DNA of 64,000 bases from the NCBI GenBank assembly GCA_013812505.1, contig JACCTH010000033.1, forward strand, positions 20,853 through 84,852, read 5' to 3'. The DNA comes from Acidimicrobiia bacterium. Lineage in GTDB: Bacteria > Actinomycetota > Acidimicrobiia > Spongiisociales > ZC4RG35. Shown here piece by piece: positions 29,274 through 38,338 of the stretch. A program made the position numbers and the translations under genes. The notes under the pieces were generated by a model. That model was not told the origin of the DNA. It searched no databases and worked only from the letters and a program-made list of their open reading frames with translations. Positions within the stretch are counted from its first letter, which is position 1, and every line of letters starts with the position of its first letter.

Positions 29274-30596
29274 ATGACCAGATCGCAAACGTCTTTCGAT
29301 CCGACGCATCGCGACACCCCTTCGGGGCGCGAATTGCTCTACGTCCTCCTCGCCGTTGCCGCCGCGGTTCCTGGGGTCGCGGTTCGCCTGACTGGCGCCC
29401 ATCCGGCGCCGGCCTTGGCGGCATTCCTCTTTGGGCTCTCGATTGTCGGAGCGGCCTTCATCCTTTCCTGGGCGGCCGAGGTCGTCCAACTCGACATCGC
29501 CGGTGGGTTGGCCCTGGCCATCCTGGCGTTAATCGCCGTGCTGCCCGAGTACGCCGTCGACTTCGTATTCACCTGGAAAGCCGGCACCGATCCCAGCCAG
29601 GCTCCGAATGCGCTGGCGAACATGACCGGAGGCAATCAGTTGCTGATTGGTTTCGGATGGCCGCTCGTGGTGCTGCTCGCCACGTGGCGGGTTAAGCGTC
29701 TTCACGGCAAAGGCGTTCGGGTCGGGGGAGCGGATGACCAGGCGGTCCACCTCGATCGCATCCAGTCGATCGATGTCGCCTTCTTGACCTTGGCCTCGAT
29801 CTACGGGCTTCATTTCTTCCTTCGCGACAGCCTCACCTTGCTCGATGCGGTGATCCTCGTGGCTCTGTACGCCACGTATCTATGGCGACTCTCGAAAGCG
29901 CCGGCCGAGGCTCCGCATTTAGTTGGCCCGGCTGCGCGGATCGCAGAGCTCAACCAAACCACTCGACGCTGGGTGAACCTCGCCATGTTCGTCCTTTCCG
30001 CCGGTGTCATCCTCCTCGTGGCCGAGCCATTTGCCGAAAGCCTGGTCGAGCTCGGCCAGGCCTACGACATTCCCGAGTTTCTGCTGGTGAAGTGGCTGGC
30101 GCCACTGGCTTCGGAGTCCCCTGAGCTGCTCGTCGCCGCGCTCTTCGCGTGGAAGTTGTCGGCTCGAACCGGCTTCGGAGCGTTGCTTTCATCGAAAGTC
30201 AACCAGTGGACGCTGCTCGTGGGCACCCTCCCCCTGGTCTTTGCGATCTCCTCGCAGTCGTTCAGTGGTCTGCCCCTTGGAGTTGAGCAACGCGACGAGC
30301 TCTTGGTCACGGCCGCGCAGTCGATCTTCGCGGTGGCGATCTTGGCCAGTCGTTCGATGGATCGGAAGGAAGCCTGGGTGCTGCTCGGGCTTTTTGTCGC
30401 CCAACTGCTCGAGTCGTTTTACGTGTCGATCGTGCTCAGAGACGACTACAACCCGGCCGGTCGGATCGGAGTCGCGGTGGTCTTTCTCCTAGCCGCCGCC
30501 TGGGTGCTCTTCCGCCATCGCGGCCAACTCCGGCACACAGTTGATGAAGGCTTGCGGGCGCCCATCGATGAGTTGATCAAGGAAGAAGTGCAATGA
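29274..30596 (+). CDS. polytopic membrane protein, possibly CaCA (cation/Ca2+ exchanger)-like
   Basis: 440 aa with ~11 TM segments. Two internal segments, LIAVLPEYAVD and LAPLASESPELLVA, resemble the GTSLPE alpha-repeats of Na+/Ca2+ exchanger-family proteins. The assignment is tentative. Confidence 0.4.
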   Translation: MTRSQTSFDPTHRDTPSGRELLYVLLAVAAAVPGVAVRLTGAHPAPALAAFLFGLSIVGAAFILSWAAEVVQLDIAGGLALAILALIAVLPEYAVDFVFTWKAGTDPSQAPNALANMTGGNQLLIGFGWPLVVLLATWRVKRLHGKGVRVGGADDQAVHLDRIQSIDVAFLTLASIYGLHFFLRDSLTLLDAVILVALYATYLWRLSKAPAEAPHLVGPAARIAELNQTTRRWVNLAMFVLSAGVILLVAEPFAESLVELGQAYDIPEFLLVKWLAPLASESPELLVAALFAWKLSARTGFGALLSSKVNQWTLLVGTLPLVFAISSQSFSGLPLGVEQRDELLVTAAQSIFAVAILASRSMDRKEAWVLLGLFVAQLLESFYVSIVLRDDYNPAGRIGVAVVFLLAAAWVLFRHRGQLRHTVDEGLRAPIDELIKEEVQ

Positions 30597-31741
30597 AGTT
30601 TCGTACCCGCCAGATCCACGCCGGAGTGGTGCCCGATCCAACCACTGGGGCGATCCTCACCCCGATCCATCAGTCCACCACCTTCGTGCAGGACTCGGTT
30701 GAGGATTACATGGCCAAGGGCTACTCGTATTCCCGGGCCGGCAACCCCACTGTCACCGCCTTCGAGGAAAAGATCAACGATCTCGAGGGAGGCAACGGCG
30801 CCGCCGCATACGCATCGGGGATGGCGGCAACAGTGGCGGTGCTCATGGGGTTTCTCAACCATGGCGACCATGTGGTCTTTTCGGACGTCGTCTACGGGGG
30901 AACGCATCGGTTCGCGACGAAGGTCATGACCCGCTTCGGGGTCGAGTCGGTCTTCGTCGACACCTCCCGGCCCGAACTGGTCGAAAAAGCTCTCCGCCCC
31001 CATACCAAGCTGCTTTTCACCGAGACTCCAGCTAACCCGACCCTCAAGCTGACCGATCTCCGAGCGATGTCCGACCTGGCTCAGGCGCACGGCGCCTTGC
31101 ACGCCGTCGACAACACCTTTCTCACTCCCTACTTCCAACGGCCGCTCGAGTTGGGTGCCGACCTAGTCATCCACTCAACGACCAAATACCTTGACGGACA
31201 CAACGCCACCTTGGGAGGGGCGGTGGTCGCGGGAACGGCCGAGCAGGCAGCTCAGCTCAAGTTCATGCAGAAGGCGGCGGGCTCGATCATGTCGCCCTTC
31301 GTGGCGTGGCTCACCCTGCAGGGGACCAAGACTCTGGCCCAGCGGATGGAGCAACAGTCGGCCAACGCGTTGGAGGTCGCTCAATTTCTGGCTGCCCATC
31401 CGCGGGTGAGCGCTGTCGGCTATCCAGGGCTCGAGAGCTTTTCGCAATACGACTTGGCCAAGTCGCAGGCGTCCGGGTTTGGGGCCATGGTCTGGTTTGA
31501 GGTGGAGGGCGGCCTCGAAGCCGGGAAGGACTTGATGCGCGCGGTCAAGCTGTGGTCGCTGGCCGAAAACCTTGGACAGGTGGAATCACTCATCACTCAC
31601 CCGGTGACCATGACTCACAGCGACATGACACCTGCGGAGCGAGCGAAGGCCGGCATCACTGACGGGCTTGTTCGACTGTCAGTCGGCCTCGAGGACGTGT
31701 TCGATCTCATCGAGGATCTGGCGGCGGCTCTCGACGTCTGA
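30593..31741 (+). CDS. PLP-dependent trans-sulfuration enzyme (cystathionine gamma-synthase/lyase, beta-lyase family)
   Basis: MKFRTRQIHAG.., YSRAGNPT, and HSTTKYLDGHN (PLP lysine). Overlaps the upstream gene by 4 bp (ATGA). Confidence 0.85.
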   Translation: MKFRTRQIHAGVVPDPTTGAILTPIHQSTTFVQDSVEDYMAKGYSYSRAGNPTVTAFEEKINDLEGGNGAAAYASGMAATVAVLMGFLNHGDHVVFSDVVYGGTHRFATKVMTRFGVESVFVDTSRPELVEKALRPHTKLLFTETPANPTLKLTDLRAMSDLAQAHGALHAVDNTFLTPYFQRPLELGADLVIHSTTKYLDGHNATLGGAVVAGTAEQAAQLKFMQKAAGSIMSPFVAWLTLQGTKTLAQRMEQQSANALEVAQFLAAHPRVSAVGYPGLESFSQYDLAKSQASGFGAMVWFEVEGGLEAGKDLMRAVKLWSLAENLGQVESLITHPVTMTHSDMTPAERAKAGITDGLVRLSVGLEDVFDLIEDLAAALDV

Positions 31742-31773
31742 TATTTGACCCTGATCTTTGACCCCTGACCCCC
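31739..31773. repeat. short tandem repeat TGATATT-TGACCC-TGATCTT-TGACCCC-TGACCCCC
   Basis: Starts at the stop codon of the preceding gene. A ~13-nt unit is duplicated and followed by a partial unit. Confidence 0.6.
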
Positions 31774-31816
31774 GGCCTGCCTGTTAGGTTCCCGAGCGAG
31801 CAGGGAGTGCCGAGAG

Positions 31817-33371
31817 GTGTTGGTGAGGTCGCTTGGCCATGCAGGCCTCGAGCTGGAGGTCGCTGGTGCCCGAATTCTTTGCGACCCTTGGTTCTCGCCC
31901 GAAGGCGCGTTCCAAGGGTCGTGGTTCCAATTCCCTGACAATTCCCATTTGCTCGATCACGAGTTGATCCGTCCGGACGCGATCCTTATCTCTCACGAGC
32001 ACATGGATCACATCGACCCCTGGCTTCTGGAGCAAGTGCCCGATCACGTTCCGGTGTACATCCCTCGCTACGCCTCCGATGTGCTGCGAAGGAAGATCCT
32101 CCGGCCACGGAGGCGACCAGTGATCGAGCTTAGCCAATGGGAACTTTTCGAAGTGACACCGGGGGTCAGGGTGATGTTCGTGTCCGAGGAATCGCCGATG
32201 AACCAGGACTCCGCCATGGTGGTGGTGTCTGAGGGCAAGTCTCTGCTCAACATGAACGACGCTCGGCTGTCGGCTGCTCAGGTACGCGGAATCAAGATTG
32301 AGGTCGGGGGAAGGATCGATGTCCTCGCCTTACAAGGAGCCGGCGCCTCATGGTTCCCGATGTGTTACCACTACCCGTCCTCTCGGATGGCTGAGCTCGC
32401 ACTTTCGAAACGCCTCGCCAAGCTGAGATACGTCGCTCGAATGGTGCAAGCCGCCAGACCGGTCGCGTGCTTGCCCTTTGCCGGTCCGCCTTGCTTCCTC
32501 GACGACGAGCTCTTCCGTCACAACGGCCAATTGGGCGCCGAGGGCGTCTTTCCAGATCAACGCCAAGTAGTTGCCTGGCTGAACGAACAAGGACTCGGAG
32601 CCGCACTCTTCTTCCCCGGGGACACTTGGGACGCCGTGGCAGAGTGCCGGCTCCCGGGTTCGGACGATACATTTCTTGAAGATCCGGACTACCTCGACGA
32701 ATACGCCGAACGACGCCGGACCAATGTTGAAGACGTGAGGCGACGCCATCCTCAACCGGTTGCGGATTTGTGGCCAGCCTTCGAGGACTACTTCGGAACG
32801 GTCCTAGGGCTGAGCCGCTACTTCAATCAACAGATCAATATGCGGGTCGGGTTTGACTTGCAAGGCCCCGGAGGCGGTTTTTGGGCGGTCGATCTCCGAC
32901 CGGGGAGGGAAGGCGTCTTCCCAATTGCCGGAGATTGCCAATACATCTATCGGCTCGAAACTCGGTGGTTGCCGCCGATTCTGGAAGGCAAGGTGCCCTG
33001 GGAGGACTTCTTCCTATCACTTCGCTTCTGGGCATGGCGGCACCCGGATGCGTACAACGATCATCTGCTCGGCCTTCTCAAGCTCGCCCACCAAGAACCA
33101 CTTCAAGCCGTGGAGGAATACGAAACCGCCCCGGACCGAGATGAGACGATCGAGGTACATGTCGGCGACTTCACCTACCGCATCCAACGTTTCTGCCCAC
33201 ACGCTGGCCAAGACCTACGCGAGACAGCTGAGGTGCTCCCAGGCGGGATTCTTCGCTGCTTGGGGCACCATTTACGAGTTTGATCTCGAAACTGGTCAGT
33301 GTGTCAACGGCCACGCGAAGGCCCTGCGAACCGAACGATTGGTCAAAGCGAACTCACCGGGCACTCGTTAG
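31817..33371 (+). pseudogene. MBL-fold metallo-hydrolase fused to a C-terminal Rieske [2Fe-2S] domain; one frameshift near the 3' end
   Basis: N-terminal HxHxDH motif (SHEHMDH). C-terminal CPH-x18-CLGH Rieske ligands. ORF 31817..33283 stops 3 codons after CLGHH, but the next frame continues YEFDLETGQCVNGH..., the expected Rieske continuation, to 33371. The shift lies in the TTT run at 33271-33273. Confidence 0.65.
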
Positions 33372-33389
33372 GGCCGAGAACCTGATGTC

Positions 33390-33662
33390 TTAGAACCGTT
33401 CGAGGAGGCGAATCGTCACCGTATCGCCGGCCTTCTTGTTGGTGAGTTTCTGGAGGTCGGCCTTGACCGGAAGTTTGTGAGTGCCGTCGCCGAGGGCCAT
33501 GAACGAGCTCCGGAACGGATGGCCGTCGACGGTGCCGGCGACCTTGACCAGGCCGCGGGTTCCAAAAAAGTCCGCCGACCAATCGGTCACTACATAGGTC
33601 CAGCCTCCTTTGGCGGAGCTCTTCTCGAGCTTCGCCTCAAAGGCCTTGTCGAGCGTTGCCAT
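33390..33662 (-). CDS. DUF1905-family small protein
   Basis: 90 aa. ..[57 protein letters not shown] fits the DUF1905 pattern. Confidence 0.6.
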   Translation of the reverse strand: MATLDKAFEAKLEKSSAKGGWTYVVTDWSADFFGTRGLVKVAGTVDGHPFRSSFMALGDGTHKLPVKADLQKLTNKKAGDTVTIRLLERF

Positions 33663-34423
33663 CAGTTGCCTCCTGCGTACATAAGCGAGCCTGGGGTGGT
33701 AAGCAGCTCCCCGGTCTCGAGCCAGGTCTTGAGCCCAGAGAGGATCATCGGCCAGCCGCCGTAGAGTTGGTCGTTGGCGCCCTCGCGCAGTTGGTCATGG
33801 GTGACCGTGAGCCGGCACGAATCGCCTACCGGTTCGATCTCCCACGTCACGCGACTCGTCCCTTCCGCCTTCACGTCCTCTCCCCATAGGGCGACCATTG
33901 TCTGGACCAGGCGGTGGGGTGGGTCGACTTCCAGGTTGACTCCCTCGCCGAGCAGGCCCTCGGCCGAAGGGTGGATCATTTCGAAGCGCGAACCGGGGGT
34001 CCAATCGGACACGTGTCGCGACCCGAAGTTGTACTTTCCGCGAATTTCCGGATCGGTGACTGCTTCCCAGAGCCGCTCCGGCGTCGTCTTGATGTAGATC
34101 TCGAAGACCTTCTCCATTGTTTCCTCCATCTCGCTCTTGAGGTCGACGAGCCCTGCGGCCCATCCCTCGGTGTACTTGCTGACCCAACGGTCATGGACCT
34201 GGCGAATGGGCACTGCGTTGAGATAGTGCAGCTTCTCGCGGCCGCGCCGCTTCGCCACCACCATCCCCGCTGCTTCGAGCAAAGCCAGATGCTTGGCGAC
34301 GCCGATCCGGCTCATCGCAAATCGCGCCTCGAGCGCGCTAAGGCTCTGTCCGTCCTCGCGGTAGAGCGCATCGAGCAGAGCTCGTCGGGTTGGGTCGGCC
34401 AGCGCCTTGAACACCAGTTCCAC
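33662..34423 (-). CDS. ArsR-family HTH regulator fused to an SRPBCC (AHSA1/START-like) domain
   Basis: N-terminus [16 protein letters not shown]...[18 protein letters not shown] (ArsR HTH). The C-terminal ~150 aa ([19 protein letters not shown]...) is AHSA1-like. Confidence 0.8.
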   Translation of the reverse strand: MELVFKALADPTRRALLDALYREDGQSLSALEARFAMSRIGVAKHLALLEAAGMVVAKRRGREKLHYLNAVPIRQVHDRWVSKYTEGWAAGLVDLKSEMEETMEKVFEIYIKTTPERLWEAVTDPEIRGKYNFGSRHVSDWTPGSRFEMIHPSAEGLLGEGVNLEVDPPHRLVQTMVALWGEDVKAEGTSRVTWEIEPVGDSCRLTVTHDQLREGANDQLYGGWPMILSGLKTWLETGELLTTPGSLMYAGGN

Positions 34424-34435
34424 CTGGCGGATTAT

Positions 34436-34455
34436 ATGTAACCATTTAGTTACAT
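34436..34455. promoter_or_regulatory. inverted repeat ATGTAAC-n6-GTTACAT, candidate ArsR operator
   Basis: 7-6-7 inverted repeat, 13 bp upstream of the ArsR-SRPBCC start. It has the same architecture as GTGCAAC-n6-GTTGCAC at 59499. Confidence 0.5.
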
Positions 34456-35355
34456 GTCAAGTCTCGGACCTGATCTCTGGTCGCTGATCTGGACCGCCGA
34501 TGCCTCGCTCATCTCTATTTCCTGTTCGATCAGAACCTCTTCCAACTCCCGCTTGCCGAGGACTATTGGCACCGACATCATGACGATGGCCATCATTCCG
34601 ATTGCGACGAGGAGGATGCGGGCGATGAGGATCTGCCGGTCAAAGCTCGCCGTCACCTCAGCCACGATGCGATTGGCGTCGTTGGCTGCGTCCTGATACG
34701 ACGTGAGCACGTCGCGGCTGCCGCTCAGCTCGTCGGTTATCAAGCGAACGCTCTCACCCACTTCGTCGACCGCTCCACCAACGACCGAGAGTTGATTCGC
34801 CGCCGCGGCCAGGGGCGCGGACTGGGCCCGCAATTCCTCGCTCAAAGGCGCGAGGTCGTCGGCCACGGCACCGAGTGATTGATCGAGAGGGATGGCGGGG
34901 GAGTACTCGATCCCCAAGAACGACAAGGCGTTCATGGTGCGGTCGATCACGCGAGCGGTGTCGATCATCCCTGGAAAAGAGGCGGTGATCGAATCGAGCG
35001 TGTCGGGCACGTCGGCCGAGAGCAACGACGCGGTGTTGTCGAGGACGTCGCTCATCTGCGTCAAGCCGCTGCCGGCGGCGGCAAGCGCCGTCTCCGCTTG
35101 GATCATCCCCTCCTCGGCCAGAGCCAGCGTTTCCAGGGCCGTGGTGGCGCCGTCGACGGTCGTGGCGAGAGTGGTGGTGAGAAGGTCGAGCGTCTCAGAG
35201 GTTGAGCGCCCGAAGCTCGACAAGAGCAGCCAACTGGCGATCACCGCCATGACTCCAAGGAAAACCCCAACGATCCCTCCCCAGTACCAAACCTTGGCGA
35301 GCCAGACTGGAGGGGCGTACCTGAGTCGGTGAGATGTCATGGAGTGCTTAGGCAT
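34450..35355 (-). CDS. hypothetical bitopic membrane protein with a long helical Ala/Thr/Leu-rich ectodomain
   Basis: Part of ORF 34450..35406; the start is uncertain (ATG 35355 or 35340). TM helices lie near both ends (WYWGGIVGVFLGVMAVIASWLLL and ILLVAIGMMAIVMMSVPIVL). No family recognised. Confidence 0.5.
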   Translation of the reverse strand: MPKHSMTSHRLRYAPPVWLAKVWYWGGIVGVFLGVMAVIASWLLLSSFGRSTSETLDLLTTTLATTVDGATTALETLALAEEGMIQAETALAAAGSGLTQMSDVLDNTASLLSADVPDTLDSITASFPGMIDTARVIDRTMNALSFLGIEYSPAIPLDQSLGAVADDLAPLSEELRAQSAPLAAAANQLSVVGGAVDEVGESVRLITDELSGSRDVLTSYQDAANDANRIVAEVTASFDRQILIARILLVAIGMMAIVMMSVPIVLGKRELEEVLIEQEIEMSEASAVQISDQRSGPRLDM

Positions 35356-35395
35356 GATTTCGACATCTTGGGTTGATGCTCCGTACGATCGGTGA

Positions 35396-36541
35396 GTGAC
35401 CGACACTAACTATCGGCCCGGATTGGAAGGCGTGGTTGCCGCCGAGACGGCTCTGAGCCAAGTCGATGGCCAGAACGGCCGGCTGGTTATTGCCGGCTAT
35501 CAACTCGAGGACCTGGCGGCGCAGGCATCGTTCGAGGAAGTCTGCTTCCTGCTTTGGCACGGCACGCTTCCCGGTCAATCGGAGCTGGAGGAGTTCCGAA
35601 CCTCAATGGCCGAGTTTCGAGTCCTGCCCTCGGCGACGCATTCTCTCCTTGAGCAGGCGGCCCATCACAAGGTGAGCCCGATGGACGCCCTCCGCATGGC
35701 CGCGGCGACCTTTGACCTCGATCTGGGCGAGGGGCAGGAGATCGACGAACTCACGCGGGCGAAAGCGATCACTGCCCGAATCCCGCCCGCCGTCGCCACC
35801 TATTGGCGCTATCTGCAGGGACTCGAGGCGATCGGGCCTCGCCAGGACCTGGGTCGCAGTGCCAACTACCTCTACATGCTCACCGGACTTGAGCCCGGCC
35901 CGGCGACAGTGCGGGCGTTAGAGACCTACCTCAACACTGTTGCTGATCACGGGCTCAATGCTTCTACCTTCGCCGCCCGCGTGATCATCGCCACCGAGTC
36001 GGACATGGTGTCGGCGGTGACTGGGGCGATCGGCGCTCTCAAAGGCCCGCTCCACGGAGGCGCGCCAGGACCGGCACTCGACATGGTTTTCGAGATCGGC
36101 GAAGCTGAACGGGCTGAGCAATACATTAGGTCAAAGCTCGATCGGGGCGAGCGGTTGATGGGCTTCGGCCATCGGGTTTACAAGGTGCGCGATCCTCGTG
36201 CGGATGTCCTCGCGGCGGCGGCGGAAGCGATGTTTTCCACCGAGGGCGACATGCATCTGTACGAATTGGCCAAGGAGGTTGAATCGACCGTGCTGGCCCT
36301 TTTGGAGGAGTCCAAACCGGGACGGAATCTGAAGACCAACGTTGAGTTCTTCACTGCCCTGTTGCTGCATGGGATCGGTCTCGAGATCCCCCTCTTCACC
36401 CCGACCTTTGCGGCGGGTCGGGTGGCGGGATGGATTGGTCATTGTTTGGAGCAGCAGCGCACGGCCCGGTTGATCCGCCCCGACTCTCGTTACGTCGGTC
36501 CGACTGACCTCGCGTGGGTACCGATCGAACAGAGACCCTAG
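35396..36541 (+). CDS. citrate synthase (short, 2-methylcitrate synthase-like type)
   Basis: PGLEGVVAAETALSQVDG, GPLHGGA and GFGHRVYKVRDPRA. 381 aa. Confidence 0.85.
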   Translation: MTDTNYRPGLEGVVAAETALSQVDGQNGRLVIAGYQLEDLAAQASFEEVCFLLWHGTLPGQSELEEFRTSMAEFRVLPSATHSLLEQAAHHKVSPMDALRMAAATFDLDLGEGQEIDELTRAKAITARIPPAVATYWRYLQGLEAIGPRQDLGRSANYLYMLTGLEPGPATVRALETYLNTVADHGLNASTFAARVIIATESDMVSAVTGAIGALKGPLHGGAPGPALDMVFEIGEAERAEQYIRSKLDRGERLMGFGHRVYKVRDPRADVLAAAAEAMFSTEGDMHLYELAKEVESTVLALLEESKPGRNLKTNVEFFTALLLHGIGLEIPLFTPTFAAGRVAGWIGHCLEQQRTARLIRPDSRYVGPTDLAWVPIEQRP

Positions 36542-36885
36542 GCCAAATTGACCTCAACCATCGGAGCGTGAGCGACCAAGGCCTCGAGTCCGGCCTGATT
36601 GACGTACCAACGGGTTTGGCGGCTTTCAAAGAAGCGGCGCCGATGGTCGAGGTCATCAACCACTACCGCCTCTCCTGGGAAATCTCCCTCGGGCGCATGA
36701 ATGATGAGCTTGGGATCGGCACGAAGATTCGCCAGCCAATCGCGAGGTCCAGGAGTGCCGGTGACGATGAGCCGGTCCTCGAAATAGAACCACCAGATTT
36801 CGACGCGCCGCCACGTGCCGCTGCGACGGCCAAAGGTCGAAAGGTCGATGGTCCGATGTTGAGCGAGATCTGCGGCTTCCACCAT
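36538..36885 (-). CDS. deazaflavin (F420)-dependent nitroreductase-family protein (DUF385-like)
   Basis: ATG 36885 lies within ORF 36538..37059. DLSTFGRRSGTWRRVEIWW..IVTGTPGPRDWLANLRADPKLII matches the family pattern. Confidence 0.55.
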   Translation of the reverse strand: MVEAADLAQHRTIDLSTFGRRSGTWRRVEIWWFYFEDRLIVTGTPGPRDWLANLRADPKLIIHAPEGDFPGEAVVVDDLDHRRRFFESRQTRWYVNQAGLEALVAHAPMVEVNLA

Positions 36886-36905
36886 GGCGTCGTACTCTCG
36901 TCGGC

Positions 36906-37793
36906 ATGAGGTTTGGTGTCCAGCTTCCGGAGACGGAGTACGAAGCCACCTGGCGCGAGATGGAGGACATGGCGCGGGTGTCCGAAGAGGTCGGACTCGA
37001 CTCGCTCTGGGTTGGTGACCATCTCCTCTATGACGAGGGCGGGGAGCGGTCGGGACCATGGGAGGCGTGGTCGGTTCTTGCCGGTCTGGCCGCGGTGACC
37101 GAGCGCATCGAAATCGGTCCGCTGGTCGCGGCGCTACCTTTTCATGCCCCGGCGGTGTTGGCCAAGGCCGCGGCGACGATCGACGAGATCAGTGGTGGCC
37201 GCTTAATCTTCGGAATTGGCGCGGGCTGGAACGAGGTGGAGTTCACTGCGTTTGGCCTTCCCTTTGAGCAGCGAGTGAACCGCTTTGCAGAGGCGTTCGA
37301 GATCATTCGTCGATTGCTTGCCGGGGAACGGCTCGATTTCGACGGAAAGTTCTATCGCCTCAAGGGATGCGAGCTTTTGCCCCGACCGCCTCGTCCCGGC
37401 GAGATGCCTTTCATGGTCGGCTCGAACCGGCCCCGGATGCTGTCGCTGACACTGCCGTACGTCACCTGGTGGAACTCTTGGTACTCGGCCTTTGGCAATG
37501 ACCCGGCACGAGTCGGAGAGCTCGTCGGGTCAATCGTTCAGGCCTGCGTTGAAAGCGGTCGCGATCCGGCGACCCTCAAGAAATCAGTCGCGCTCTACTT
37601 CGGCTTCGATGGAAAGCCGCAGCGCCGAACCGAGGGCACTCCCAGGTGGGGATCGATCGAAGATCACCTGGCTCGTCTTCACCAAATCGAGGCCGCCGGG
37701 ATCGATGAGGTGCAGGGCATCCTCGATCCAATTGCGGCCGAAACGATTGAGAAGTATGGGGAGATCGTGGCCGCCTATCGATCGTCGCGTTAG
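36906..37793 (+). CDS. LLM-class (luciferase-like) oxidoreductase, probably F420-dependent
   Basis: MRFGVQLP...LDSLWVGDHLLY.., GRLIFGIGAGW. Divergent from the nitroreductase-family gene. Confidence 0.7.
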   Translation: MRFGVQLPETEYEATWREMEDMARVSEEVGLDSLWVGDHLLYDEGGERSGPWEAWSVLAGLAAVTERIEIGPLVAALPFHAPAVLAKAAATIDEISGGRLIFGIGAGWNEVEFTAFGLPFEQRVNRFAEAFEIIRRLLAGERLDFDGKFYRLKGCELLPRPPRPGEMPFMVGSNRPRMLSLTLPYVTWWNSWYSAFGNDPARVGELVGSIVQACVESGRDPATLKKSVALYFGFDGKPQRRTEGTPRWGSIEDHLARLHQIEAAGIDEVQGILDPIAAETIEKYGEIVAAYRSSR

Positions 37794-37819
37794 CCTTTGC
37801 CCAAAACTGGAGGCAATTC

Positions 37820-38269
37820 GTGCGCGACACATTGCTCTGGCTCCACATAGTTGGCACCGGCATTTGGTTGGGAGCCAACATCACTCAGGCTTTCGTTGGC
37901 CCGAAGCTGATGGCGAACCGCGAGACGGCGCCGGGATGGTTACGGGCCGTGCAGGCAGCCAGCGGGCCTCTTTATGGGATCGCGTCCGGACTGATCCTCG
38001 TCACCGGCATCGTCCTGGTCCTGAATTCGGACGGCGCCTACGAGTTCAGCTCGGTCTTTGTCACAATTGGCTTCGCCGTGGTGATCATCGGTGGGGCCCT
38101 GGCCGGGTTGGTGTTCGGTAGGAAGACTCGCCAGATGATTGGTCTCTACGAGAGCGGCCAGGACGCGCAGGTCCCGGCGATCTATCGGTCGCTCGGCATG
38201 TGGGGGATCCTCGACTCGTTGCTGATCGTTGTGGCCATCCTCGCCATGGTCTCGAAGTGGGGCATCTGA
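37820..38269 (+). CDS. hypothetical 4-TM membrane protein
   Basis: ORF of 149 aa beginning LLWLHIVGTGIWLGANITQAF, with four hydrophobic segments. Confidence 0.5.
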   Translation: MRDTLLWLHIVGTGIWLGANITQAFVGPKLMANRETAPGWLRAVQAASGPLYGIASGLILVTGIVLVLNSDGAYEFSSVFVTIGFAVVIIGGALAGLVFGRKTRQMIGLYESGQDAQVPAIYRSLGMWGILDSLLIVVAILAMVSKWGI

Positions 38270-38302
38270 GCCAAATCCGCTCGTTCTCTGGGCTGGAGTC
38301 GT

Positions 38303-38335
38303 TGTTGTACAACGCTACGAACCCTGGGTTCGCAG
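38303..38335. repeat. 33-bp element, copy 2 (inverted relative to 28791-28823)
   Basis: TGTTGTACAACGCTACGAACCCTGGGTTCGCAG. Its reverse complement matches copy 1 at 32/33 positions. Lies in a convergent intergenic gap. Confidence 0.85.
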
Positions 38336-38338
38336 TTT

